A stretch of DNA of 61,894 bases, filler included, from Choristocarpus tenellus KU-1152 (lineage: Eukaryota; Protista; Phaeophyceae): the NCBI GenBank assembly GCA_964200185.2. It is 8 parts of 8 records of this genome, joined end to end, with 100 filler letters (N's around TTAATTAATTAA, not from the genome) between each part and the next. Parts side by side here need not be neighbours in the genome. Positions count along the whole stretch, not along the records: positions 1 to 12,363 come from CAXNAD020001862.1; positions 12,464 to 21,432 come from CAXNAD020004151.1; 6 more parts are not named here. One strand, given 5' to 3'. Both the position numbers and the translations under genes were made by a program. Positions 1-12,559 of the stretch are shown here, piece after piece. How positions within the stretch are numbered: the first letter of the stretch is position 1; the number at the start of each line of letters is the position of its first letter. The notes under the pieces were generated by a model. It made no database searches. It worked only from the letters and a program-made list of their open reading frames with translations, and had not been told where the DNA came from.

Positions 1-118
1 GTGGTTGGCGTTAGAAGCAATGTTTAAACTGACCATCATCATTTGGTCCATTCGCCTCCTCCCCCTCCCCCCCCCTCCCATGGTGCACCTGCTACCCTGC
101 GGTGCTCTGATGATGCAG

Positions 119-203
119 GGTGATGGAACAGCTTAGGTATGGAGGCGTGCTCGAGGCTGTGCGTGTGGCGCGATCGGGCTATCCCGTACGCCTTCCTCAC
201 AAG
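119..203 (+). CDS. Myosin motor-domain exon (SH2/SH1 helix region), isolated in this contig
   Basis: Translates VMEQLRYGGVLEAVRVARSGYPVRLPHK, the conserved myosin QLR.GGVLE..R..R.GYP.R motif. Flanked by a gcAG acceptor (117-118) and a GT donor (204). Confidence 0.9.
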
Positions 204-303
204 GTGCAAAAGCGGTGTGGTAGATGTAAAATATTTATTAGTGTAATATCTTTTTTATATAGTATATACTCAGTGTATAATATGTGTATGTGTACCCGTA
301 TGC

Positions 304-324
304 CCTAACCCTAACCCTAACCCT
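304..324. repeat. Interstitial telomere-like (CCCTAA)n tract
   Basis: ccctaaccctaaccctaaccct. Similar short tracts occur near 6366, 30638, 51628, 52993 and 60095. Confidence 0.8.
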
Positions 325-1050
325 CAATTCTGTATAGTGTTTGTGTATGGAATTGAGATGTTGCTCATGTGGCGTATTCCATGCCGGGAGGGGGGGGGGG
401 AGTCTTGGAGGAAGGGGTGTTGATAGTTGTGCATGGTTTTAGCAGAGGGTAGATAAGTGACATTTAGGTTGCGATCTATTGTGGTTGACTCTCAGGCATG
501 GCTATGGATGCTGATCTCTCTCTCTCTCTCTCTCTCTCTCTTTTGTTGTTGAGGCCTGCTGCAGTATTTTTTTAATATATACTTTTACAATGTAGAAAAT
601 ATTCAACAATGCTCTTAAGATGTTTTCTGCAGTTTTGTTTACACTAACATCTACGTTTATGTTATGTATATATACATATTTACGTGTGCATTATATGCAT
701 GTTTGTGTGTATTTAACGCGGACTGCGGTTGATGTTTATTGTTGAAGTGGCTTCTGTTTTGAGGGTTGATGTTTATAGCGTACTTGAACAAATCGAAATC
801 TATTCCTGAAGTGAAATATATATATATATATATATCTGACCCCTTTTAAAATGTCTCACCCCAACTCCATGTGGAGTGTGGGTCAGCCTTCTCAAGCCTT
901 TTTTTATTTCCGCCTTCAGTATGTTATGTACTCTATGTTTCCATGATACACAAGTGTCAGTGTCAGTGTCAGTATCAGTATCAGAGCGTAATGCTTCCCC
1001 CCCCCTTCCCCCCCCCAACCTATCTTGATTGCATTGTTGGTGTTCCTTAG

Positions 1051-2347
1051 ACCCTCAAGGAACAAGGGTTTCCCACAATCTCATTGTCAATGCCAGGGGG
1101 TGGAGTAGTAGTCCCACAGTTATCAAGTGTGGCTGACAGACTGAGGGATGTGCTTTACCAGCATGAGCGGAGGGGCCAGGTGATGTGTGACTGGCTCTAT
1201 CAGAAATGAATTCCAAGTACACAGTTGACCCCTGCTGTTGTGCTATTTTGAAGACATTGTTGGAGTGGCTGTGTCTAACATTTTTTTTCAAGAACATACT
1301 CCCCTGCCTTGAGGCTGTACCTCTGATGTAACTAGTTAGCTCTATGGTCAATGGCACATGTTATGGAAGAATTATTTTTTATTTTAACTTTTCTCGTGTT
1401 TGTAACTGCCTCAATTTTGCCTTGGAGTATCAGACTGTGAAAAACTCTTCAATATATTCGAAATTCAGAGAGTATTTGGTTTCCTTGAGAGTTGGCAGGT
1501 GAGTTGCTTCACAATATGACAGAGAGGAGGAAAGCTTGTCCAACCTGTAGGGCTCAGTATTGAGTGTTATCGTTGTTATCACTGTTGCCACTGTTCAAAA
1601 CTATGTGATTGTGTGTCTCTTCTATTGAAGTGTAATGGTGTGTACTAAGCATATTTGATGCACACTGTTTTACCTGATAGATATCTGGCACTAGCTATTA
1701 CTTGCTTTTTTTGTATGTATCATGCATCTCATGGACCTTGTTGTGTAATTGCTGGTGTTGATGTTAGTGACTTAATATCAGTCTTCCAGTTCTATAGGAG
1801 TAGGTACTAATAGTAGTATTATGTGTTTGTTAGATGTGGCTGTGTCATACCATGTCATGCCATGTCATACCATGTCATACCATGTCATGCCATGTCATGC
1901 CATGTCATACCATGTCATACCATGTCATGCCATGTCATGCCATGTCATGCCATGTCATACCATGTCATGCCATGTCATACCATGTCATACCATGTCATAC
2001 CATGACACACACAGACAAAGGGGAGGGGGGGTTTTGAACTCCAATGTACATGATCATGTGTCAACAAAGGAGAGGGTTATGATGTGGTTTTTCTGGTGTG
2101 GTTTTTAGTATATAGTGTGCAAAAGTGTACTCTAGTTTTGAACTGAAAAAGATGCTAAGTAGGCAAAATAACGAGTTTTAAAGAGCCTGTTTTACATGTT
2201 CTTAGAGGAGACCCTCTTTATTTTGGGCAGTCAACCCAACAGTTTTCATTGTTGTAGGTTCCTAATGTCCTGCCTAACATTGTTGTAGGGTTAGAGTTAA
2301 CACTCTCAGTACACCTGTGATTTGTCCTTTTTGCTAGTGCTATACTG

Positions 2348-2385
<38 letters not shown>

Positions 2386-5300
2386 GTTGTGTTGTTTTTT
2401 TGTTGGATACTTTAAACTTGAGAGAAGGATTACGGTCACTCCTCATTCCCATCGTGTTCCATCTTTATTTTCTTCACTCTCTTTATTACCTCATACTATA
2501 TTTTCTTTTTTATCTTATATTATCTTTACTATCTTACACTATCTTATACTGTCTTTATTATCTCATACTACCTTTTTTTATTATCTTATATATGAATCCT
2601 TGCTGACTAGCTCTTTCCAACACAATACACTTGTTACATGCTGTGGGCACAGGTCATTGTTAACATTGCCAGCGTTATTGGTACTGGTAGTACTACTATC
2701 ACATTACAGTGCTTCAAAACATGTTGGAATACCCTGTGGCATTATGATCCTGTCTGTCTCCGGATGACTATTTCTTCCATGTCATAGTGTTCTTCCATAT
2801 CATAGTGTTCTTCCATGTCATACTGTTCTTCCATATCATAGTGCTCTTCCATGTCATAGTGTTCTTCCATATCATAGTGTTCTTCCATGTCATACTGTTC
2901 TAGTGTTGAAGCTCACATTTCCTTGCATCTGTCCTCCCTGCACCTTGGAACTATGTGTGTGATTACACATTGACCAGTTCATTCAGGAAATGGCTGTGGA
3001 CCTCAACAAACGTTCTCAAGTAGCTGGTCACCGTGTTACCCGTGATCAGTCTCACACAGACTCCCTCCGGCGTCAGGTCTCAGAACTCAGCAAGCGTTCT
3101 ATGGAGGCACAGCGCATGGTCACAGAGCTCAAGGTTAGTTGGGATTGGGGTTGATGTGTTGATGTGGTATTGGGTACTGTGGTGTGAAAGGCGTTATTGG
3201 TGGTGTTTCTGGAAGGAAATACTTTTGAATTTCAAAGCAATTTTTTTGTTTGTTTGTTTGTTTGCAGATGCTATTCAAAACAAATTAGTGACATTGTTTC
3301 CTCTATCCTACCAGGTGCAGACATGCTCAACAAGCAACTTGTAGGTGAATCTCCCTAGATTTTATTTTTATGTTTTTGTTCCTGGTGATGGGCATCTCCC
3401 CTTGATGATTGTGATGTGATTGATTGTGAGGTATTCAGGAATGTAGGCAGTGTGATCTCTTTGGATTAGCTTTATATGGCCCCTTCAAGGGTATCATATG
3501 TTCACAGTCACTAAGTTGGTCAGAAAATAGGATGTACAGGTAGGGATTGTTGGTGTTATGATAGATGATGTTGATGTTGTCTTTTGGTGATATTCAATGT
3601 ACTACAGGCTACTTTCAAGTGTGTTTATCGTTCATTTCAATGTACTGTCATGTGCTGAAGCATAACATTTCGAAAGGAAAATTATAAAAAGAACTTTCAG
3701 CAGCCTCTAAACCTCTCGTCATGCCCTTACTCTCCCTAACCCTACTACAAGTCAGATCGAGAACAATGCCCTAAAGGAGAAACTGACCAAGGAGAAGAGG
3801 AGGTTTAACACAGAGATCAGCAATCTATCCCACCAGCTCAAACAAAGCGAGCACAGGGTCAAGGTGGGTAGGCACCTCAACTCACCTCACCTCACCTGCT
3901 GAGCAAGTGTGTACCATACTTTACTAATGTACCATATTATTACTAATGTACCATATTATTACTAATATTACTACCTCCCTCCTACATGTATGGTGGTAGG
4001 GTGATCAGTGATTGTTGATTTGTTATCAATTTACTTTTGAATATTTGTTATTGTAACATGGTTTAACATGTGCAACATTATCTACATCTGACAAATGAGT
4101 AGTCCACATCAAAAACGACTTTAACGCTATTGTGCTAGAAGGACTATTTATTCATTTTTTACTATTGTTTAATTCCTTTTATACTATATCATCAAACCTA
4201 TGCTCATATGCAAAACAAGTATTAACTTGAAGCTTGGCCACTGTGAGTGAGGTATTAGTTTTGATAGTGCATTTCCTGTGCATGTTGTGTGTGCATGGTA
4301 TGGTGCATGGTTCAGGCCAAGGAGGCCATGGTGCAAGGTCTGGTGGAGAAACTTCAAAGCGAGGTTGACAAGGAGAAGTCTGGACTTATCAAGGAAAAAG
4401 AGGCATTAAAAAAGATACAACATAAAGAGGTGCAGACTATTTGGTAGTAGTCTCACTAGTGTTAGTGAGTAGTCATTGAACAACCACCGTTTGGTTGAAT
4501 TTAAAATATTTTAAAAGTTGAATTTAAATCCAAGGAGGTTGATTGTTTTGTTTATTTTTTTGTTTTACTTTGAAGTATTTTGACCATACAATCAAGCTCA
4601 CTGAATCCCTCCATGAGAGTCCATGAGGTAGCTTTGAGGGTGTCTGGGTAAGGCTTAGTTCTTACTGTGAGGATGATGTGGGTTAGTACCTGTGTAGTAG
4701 ATTTTAACTATGTGGTAGATTGTAACTATGTAGTAGATTTTAACTATGTGGTAGATTGTAACTACATAGTAGATTGTAACTATGTACTAGATTGTAACTA
4801 CGTAGTAGATTGTAACCGTGTAGTAGATTGTAACCATGTACTAGATTGTAACTACGTAGTAGATTGTAACCGTGTAGTAGATTTTAACTATATGGTAGAT
4901 TGTAACTACATAGTAGATTTTAACTACATAGTAGATTGTAACTATGTACTAGATTGTAACTACGTAGTAGATTGTAACCGTGTAGTAGATTGTAACTATG
5001 TAGTAGATTTTAACTATGTGGTAGATTGTAACCATGTACTAGATTGTAACTACATAGTAGATTGTAACCATGTACTAGATTGTAACTATGTCGTAGATTG
5101 TTAGGTACGAAGGTGATATTGCTGTTGGAGATTCCCTCCCATTTCTCACATTCAGAGGACAATGGCAAGGAAGGTAAAGGGTGGGATGGAAGTGACCAAG
5201 AGTGTGACTTGAGGCATGTATTGGTGTTCCAACTGAGAAAAAAAAACTTTTCATGTAAAGGAGGAGGCAACAACTGAGTTGGGGGATGATATGTAGTGGT

Positions 5301-8300
5301 TCCTTAGGTTGTTGGAGGAGAATACTCAATGTACCCGCATGCATCTTTGTGGGAAATGGGAACTTTTCTGATATTTTCTAAAGTTGAGATAACAAAATTT
5401 GTTTTTATTTGAGGTCAATGAATATTCAAAGAAATCACACCACAACTCCAACTCTTTGTACAGGGGAGCTTTTTGTCTGCTGTAGGTGTTGAGAAGGTCA
5501 AGATCAATGCCTTTCCAGGTTAGGCAGTCAACGGTGTTTGGACTCTACTTTGTTGAAGGCTAGCGTACCAGGTTGAACCACCTCCCCTGTGCTGATTTCT
5601 TGCGATAAACTGTAGTCATTGGTGTAAGAGTGTCCTAGACATCGCAGTAAGGTGTTTTGTTTGGTGCTTGGAAAAGAACACTCAAATCAGACTACCCAAA
5701 AAATATTTTGACTCTTAGGAGGGTCTCTGACCAACTGGTGGACCTTACTGCCTCATGTTGGATGCATGATCACGATCAAGTACATTGACTTTTTTTCAGC
5801 TGGTTCAACGTTTTTTATTGATAACTTTTTTCTATTCACTGTTCATAACTAAAAAAAAAAGGTAACTAAATGATTTTATCACCTAATAATATTAAACTCG
5901 AATGAAAAGCAGCAAGTAGACTGTAGCCACAAAAGACGTGCTCTGGATGATCCTTTAGTATTTCAATGTTGACCTCACTACCTTGATTTTCATGGAGTGT
6001 ATTTATTGCTGTTGCACTCCACCAAGAGCAAAGTCCAAAGTACTGATATGGTACTGGTACTAGTACTGTTAACTGGTAACATAGATGATGACGTATGGCA
6101 TGTTAACGAGCAAAATTTCTTACCACAAGTATAGTGGGTTTTATGTATTTTTATCCAATATTTTTGTCCAATCAAAGTCCCCCGCCTCCCCGCCATCTTG
6201 TGAATATGAAATGTGCTTTAACCTCAGGGCTGGGGGGGTAGTGCCAATGATTCGAGGGTAATGGAGGTTGTTGGAATGTACAGCAAGACCAAAGATCGCA
6301 TGGAGTCTGAACTGGACTCTCTTCGGGCAGAGGTAGGGTGGTTTGGTGAAGTTCTATGGGGGATAGGGTTAGGGTTAGGGTTGATGGGTTGGGGGATAGG
6401 AAAGGGCAAGTTGCCTCACTCATCAGTCAAGGGATTGAATGTTGTATTGTGTTTTCAAACAACACTGTCTCTCTTGCCTGAGTAATAAATTTTGTATGAA
6501 TGTTCCGGTTGAGAATTAACTTCAATACCAATACCAATACCAATATCAATATCATTGTTCTTGTTTTATTTATTATTATTACTATTTATTTATTATTATG
6601 TTGGATGTTCTATTCGACCTATCACTGTATTGTTAAGATTCAAGGCTTTTGTTTCTCACATAAATATTTTGAATATTTTTAATTACTCCAAGGACATTTT
6701 TGGTGCCTCATGATGGATACGATACTTACAACTATAGGACTACCACCTACAGGAAAGTGGGGGTGGCACGGGTGCTTGATGTGCATGATGTTAGTGTGAG
6801 GTGGTTGGGGTAGAATGGCGAGGGTTGGTGTTGTGAGGGATGACCTTCCTCACCCTCATTTTATTTAACACCATCTGGATACGTGTGCCCCTTGACTATT
6901 TAATATTGACTATTTAATATTGACTATTGATCATTGACTATTTAATATTGACTATTTAATATTGACTGACCATTATGTTACGAAACCTCTGCATTTCTAT
7001 GGTACATGATGTAATCAAGTACATGATGTACTTGATTCAGACAAATTCACTCTTCAATCTGAATGATGCCTTCTCTGCCTTTTTGTTGTTCCTAACTAAC
7101 TACACTTGCCTACCTTGTGAATGTGTCAACCTTGGTCCCTCTTGGCATGATTGTGTACCCTATCTTGTCACTATCTGTTTGTCACCTTTTAAAAAAAAGA
7201 GATATTTAAAAAAAGAATATTTTTGAACATTCACAATACACAACTAACTGTGTAGGTAGCCTGTCTGGGAGATGAACTCAGGGAAAAGGAGAACACTATC
7301 CTTAGGCATCGCCTTGGACCTGACTGGCATCCTAGTCCTGGAGACAAAGAGTCCGAGGTAAGTGGAATAGATTGTTGACATTTGTTGTTTTTTATTATTA
7401 TTATTATTATATATTGGTAGTAATACTAGTGGTAATATTATGTATATATATAGCATTGTGTTACAATCTTGATGGGTACTACAGTCAGTATTAGTAGTAT
7501 TGTATGGTAGGTGCTTGATGGATGTGGATGCGAATAGGGTCTGTGGAGGGGAGATGATGTGAATGTATTGTGTCTTGACATATTTTATTGTGATAGCAGT
7601 GTTTTGGTCAAGTTGTGTTATGTGATGAAGCTTGTTGTGATGAGATACATGCATAGTATAATTGTAGGCAAAAGGGACAACTGGTAGTTAGGGAATTGAA
7701 TCAGAAAATGTTTTATGCATTGTATGTTGTGGGTAAGTATGGGTTGAATGCTTTGTTTGATATGGTGACTAGATATGTAATTCCAAATTTTAGTTACCAA
7801 TATTAATATTAATAATTTATTAGTAGTACTTGTGTATTGATAAATATGGTCAATTTCGTCAGGTAAGAGTTTAACCTCTTCTTTGAAAATATTATATATA
7901 TATATGTATTCACATGATAGTGTTGGTAGTATTTTATTAATGATAGTAGTGGTATTGATAGTCAATTTATTAATAGTATATAATGGGTAGGTAGGACATG
8001 AAAGTATCCTAGTTACTGGCTTCAACTTCCTGAATTGTTTCTGGGTACAGCATTGATCACCATAATAAATTATTATTATTCATAGGCTACCTACATTTAA
8101 CTATTTTATAGGTGCTGCCAAACTTGGTGCTATTAATATTAGTACTTTCAGGAGGAATTGGAATTCAAGCATTCACTGTTCGCAGGAGGAGATGCTTGAA
8201 GTACTGTACACACCAAATGTTGTTATTAGCAAACATGAAGAAAGAGTTAAATATGTACACAACAAGACTACTGTGTGTATGACGGTAGATTAGTGATAGA

Positions 8301-11300
8301 TCAGAATGTTGGAATTAAGTAATGTTGAAGAAACACTTTTGTAAATATTTCTTTAATCTGTTTGGAATGTTTCTATTCTTGATCTGTTCGAAATATGTCA
8401 ATCAGTAATACACCGATCCTCTTGTGAAAGAGTCGTCATGGAGACTTGGAACTAGCCCAAGTGAACTAGCCCAAGAGTCAAGATGATGTCTACACATACA
8501 TACCAGTGGAACTAGAACTATTGTATTTCAAATTGATGTGGATCTATGCTAACTACCTGCCATATTGATATCACCATTAATGTGGCAATCATATTGTAGA
8601 ATTATTGATATTTTTACCATTACTAGGGTGCTATATTTTGCCACAACAGTGATATGGCTCTTGCCCCTGTGGTGTCAATCATGGCTTATCATGTACTATT
8701 TCAATTCTATTGGTTGTATACAATAAATATTAAATTGCACACAACTACTTTTAAGAAATAATATTGGTAGTTTTTAATCAAAAGTATGTATACGTTAATT
8801 GACTAAAAAAGTTTAGTTGAACTTGGTTATAATTTAAATCAAAATTAAATCAAACTATTCACAGAGGTCGAGTATGGATGTGTTCAAATCACCATGTGCT
8901 GCAGTGTGCATTCAAAAGTAAACAATAAAAAAATACCCTTCAATTTTCTGTTCTGATTAATGATGACATTAGTTATGGCATTTGCAGAAGAGGGTGGTTC
9001 AATTTTACAATTCGCATCTTATTTACTTTAGAATTGTCACATTGGGACATTGCCACATTGGTACTGAGAAGAACCTATTCTATTGATAGAGGTCAAAAGA
9101 ATCAGTTCGATCAACCAACTAAGAGTCTACATACCAAACCTGAAAGCAGCATTTGAAATTGGGGTGGGGATTGGGAGCCTACCTAAAAATAATGATTGAC
9201 TTCAACAGGTTTCCACTTGAAGAATAGGTATTTGGAAGTATGTCATCACAGCATATATTAAACGAAATATTTTTATGAGAACAGTTACAATACTGTCCTA
9301 GAATGAAATCACTTCAAGGCTTTGCCATGCATGCCATCCTGTGACTACTAATATGTATCCTGCATTTGTATTCTACAAAGACCTCAAATACATGCCATGC
9401 AAGATCCACAACAAGTGTTCTTCCTGCCTCACTTTTAGAATCAAAATCAATGACACAACACTCATGACTCATCACCTCTCATTGTAAACTGTTCTGTTTT
9501 TTTGGAATTGGGCTGATGTTATACTTTGTTATTGAATCCACAATATGAGTGTCAGGAGGTGTACTGTACTATGGTACTATATGGTATGTAACAGTGTCCA
9601 CACTACACTTGCAAGCACAATAAAAAGTTATTACACATACAAATGCCTCCATATTTTATCCATGACCCTATCTCTTTCCCTTTCCGCCACCTCTAATGCA
9701 CTTATTGCACCATACACCAGAAGGCACCAACCTTGGCAGTCTTGCCAGGGGACATACGGGATCGCCTTGCAGAGGGAGAAAGGAGCCTAAGGATCATGCG
9801 TCAGAGAGAGACAAGGGCGCAGGAGAGGTGTGCCAAGATGCAGCAAGATGCCAATGACTCTAACCAGAGGGTGCTAGAAGTTCAGGTAGGTGCTATGATA
9901 ATAATGAAAATATTGTGCTGTATTGTGTGGAGTACTATCCATGTATTGTACCGTGTGCATACACTACTCCTTTTGCACTAATGGTGGAGAGGGGGTTGAT
10001 GGTAGTTTTCTGTGAGGGGTCGTGCGTGGTGATTGGTCTAAGTATACGTAGTCAGTACATGGTGATTGGTCTAAGTATAAGTAGTCAGTACATGGTGATT
10101 GGTCTAAGCATAAGTAGTCAGTGCATGGTGATTGGTCGAATATGAAAAAAAGTGGTTCAAAGCACTTCTTTTTGTGTGTCGTGTGTGAGGTGTGTGATGG
10201 TGGTATGAACGTTTCGTGTGAGTAGAGTTCTGATTTGATTGTCATGGTGATGCCTTTTGTGTTCTGATTTGATTTGTACCTTTGGACTCTCTCGCTGTCC
10301 TCCTCTTTAGTATCCATCCCTACATGAATTGAATTGGATCGAATGCTGCCTGCTGTGTGGTTTTTGTGGTGCTTGTATTCTATTGCTATTGCATGCTGGT
10401 GCCATTGGAATGGTGATCAAATGTGAGCAGGAGACTCTTGTCAACTTAGAGCTGGAGTTGAAGTCAAGACCATCACTTAGAAACTGGCGGTCATGTCAAA
10501 AACGCATCCAAGATCTGGAGACACAGCTCAGCCAGGCCAAGACTCAAGTAAGGGGGGGAAGGTGACCTCTGTGATGTTATATGTTATGAAATTAACATAT
10601 ATGAAATTAACAAGAAGTCCTTACCATCTTGGTGTATGTTATGGGGTGGTGGTGTGTGTAGAGTTGTGTTCCAGTTGGGTATGTATCCATACCCCATCTG
10701 GTTTACACAGTACATGATGTATGTATGTGATTGTACATTTTGTGCATGAAGGATAGATGGTGTTAGCGTTGCTATTTTGTGGAGTACTCAAGCATATAGA
10801 GTGCATGACAAACTATGTTGGTGCTGCAATTGACTATACTCTATCACAACCCGCCTGTTTGAAGACTGATTTGACAGAGCCAGCAGTGTTCTGTATGTTT
10901 TGAACATGTTCCAAGGATGTGGAACTGAATTCTTCAACATGTTTGTATATTATCCATAGATGTGGAACCACCCTTTGGGCTATTTGGTATACACACCCTC
11001 AAATATCTACTGCCTTCAACTTACAGCCCACCTGGTTGGTGTATGTCTTATGATTACCGTCCCAGTTCTGACAAGTGTTAAGTGATGTCCACTGTTCTTA
11101 AAAGCAAAAATGAACGTAGATCCTTCAAGGTATTCTGAGTTAATTTAGGATCACAATATGTCGGTGTGGTCTCTTACCTTGAAAGGCTGCTGTGATGTTT
11201 TAAGCATTGATTATGCTTGGAAGGATCAGCCCAGTATTCGGCCATGTCACATGGCTGTATCTTGAGTTACGTATTATATATATCATTTACCACCAGCCAT

Positions 11301-11790
11301 GGATGTTTCTTGACAATAGCAGTCAGTCTATTAAATGCATCGCACGTTACACACTGGGGTATCAATGCAAACACACTACTTGGCCGCAACAAATTTTGTA
11401 TTTGTACCCCCCTATCTCCCTTGAACCACATCAAACACATCAAACATATCATTATACTAATGTGTACATCTCCTGGTACTTGCATAAGTCTTCCTTCTTC
11501 CTTCTTCCTTTCTCTTCACTCTATGACTTACTCTATGCCAAGTCAGTTTTGAAGTATAGATGTAACATCTCTCTTGTACTCCTTGATTAATGTCGTAGTG
11601 TAGTCTTGAATGCGACCCTTGTTGGATATGATGTGCACTATGTTTTTTTTTAATGCAGGCCCGAGAAGCTGCCAATGTCAAAGAACTTCGGAGATGGGTA
11701 GACACGCGTGAGCTGATGCGACAGGATAGAGTGAACTACAAACTCAAGCTGGACAAGCTTGATGACCTGCCAACAGCAGTCATGAAACAG
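1051..11790 (+). CDS. CEP70-like centrosomal coiled-coil protein, partial. Exons 1051-1179, 2978-3133, 3756-3863, 4316-4429, 6228-6332, 7256-7357, 9721-9885, 10431-10547, 11659-11790
   Basis: Nine AG/GT-bounded exons, all phase 0, splice into an open coiled-coil protein. It contains TLKEQGFP..LRDVLYQHERRGQ, SEHRVKAKEA, LELKSRPSLRNWR and ELRRWVDTRELMRQDRVNYKLKLDKLDDLP, which match my recollection of stramenopile CEP70 homologues. First and last exons are absent. Confidence 0.72.
1844..2004. repeat. 10-bp minisatellite (CATGTCATAC/CATGTCATGC)n, intronic
   Basis: About 16 tandem units. These generate the spurious repetitive ORFs at 1821-2108. Confidence 0.95.
2775..2900. repeat. ~18-bp minisatellite (cttccatRtcataStgtt)n, intronic
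   Basis: About 7 tandem units visible. Confidence 0.9.
4692..5101. repeat. 18-bp minisatellite (tagattgtaactatgtag)n, intronic
   Basis: About 22 tandem units with no spacers. Explains the VDCNYV-repeat ORF 4667-5104. Confidence 0.95.
6891..6968. repeat. 14-bp tandem repeat (ttgactatttaata)n
   Basis: About 5 units visible. Confidence 0.85.
10027..10137. repeat. 33-bp tandem repeat (tggtgattggtctaagtataagtagtcagtaca)n
   Basis: About 3.4 copies visible. Confidence 0.9.
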
Positions 11791-12315
11791 GTTTGTGTGA
11801 CTCCCCTCCCCCTCCCCCCCCCCCCCCCCCCCCACCATGGTTTTAAAATGGGAGCTGTTTTTTGAAGTGAGACCACGAAAGGAGTTTGGGAAAAGATTNN
11901 NNNNNNNNATGAAACAGGTTTGTGTGACTCCCCTCCCCCTCCCCCCCTCCCTGCCCCCAAATATGGTTATAGACATGGACTCTTTGTTGTGAAGTGACAC
12001 ATGATAGTGCTGTTGAAAACTGTTGGAAACTGTTGAGAGTGTTGAGACTGATTTAGTACCTGTTGTTTCATCAAGGTTGAACATGATAGTGCTGCAAATA
12101 CTGTATGTGTTGTTTATCCTTGTCTTGGTGTACACTAGTATGTGTGAGTAGCGGCGGCTGTGTTAGTCGCATAGTGACTCCTATTTTAAGACAAGAATTA
12201 GATAGGGTTAGGGAATATCCCGTTATTGGGTGCAAGTACCACACGTGTATTATCATACTCACCCCCTACCATAGTACTTTTTATTGTGAACAAAATCCTT
12301 TCGGGTCAAAGTATC

Positions 12316-12346
<31 letters not shown>

Positions 12347-12363
12347 GTTGTTTTTACGGAGAG

Positions 12364-12463
12364 NNNNNNNNNNNNNNNNNNNNNNNNNNNNNNNNNNNNN
12401 NNNNNNNTTAATTAATTAANNNNNNNNNNNNNNNNNNNNNNNNNNNNNNNNNNNNNNNNNNNN
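12364..12463. other. Artificial contig linker (N44-TTAATTAATTAA-N44). Identical linkers at 21433-21532, 25011-25110, 31051-31150, 35607-35706, 47275-47374, 50236-50335
   Basis: Seven identical 100-bp spacers carrying a six-frame stop cassette. Confidence 0.99.
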
Positions 12464-12559
12464 CCCCTACACCCCAGAGCGAGGAGGTAGGGAAGCATCC
12501 CAAGAGTCTGACAGGCCCCTCCTTGCCCATCTCCCTGGTGTCTTCAGGTTAAATTGCAT

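Noticed and set aside
304-324. Chromosome end (telomere)
   Set aside because: Only about 3.5 units, internal, and similar short tracts are scattered through the introns.
1821-2108. Cys/His-rich repetitive ORFs (metallothionein-like)
   Set aside because: They are translations of a stop-free 10-bp minisatellite, open in all three frames.
4692-5101. Regular 18-bp repeats resembling a CRISPR array or a VDCNYV repeat protein
   Set aside because: Units are contiguous with no unique spacers, there are no cas genes, and the tract is intronic. It is a minisatellite.
8152-8200. Possible additional CEP70-like exon
   Set aside because: The phase-0 reading hits TGA and there is no convincing donor.
11782-11960. 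Duplicated exon end/donor (atgaaacaggtttgtgtgactcccc) on both sides of a 10-N gap
   Set aside because: Most likely a scaffolding overlap or allelic artefact around a poly-C tract.
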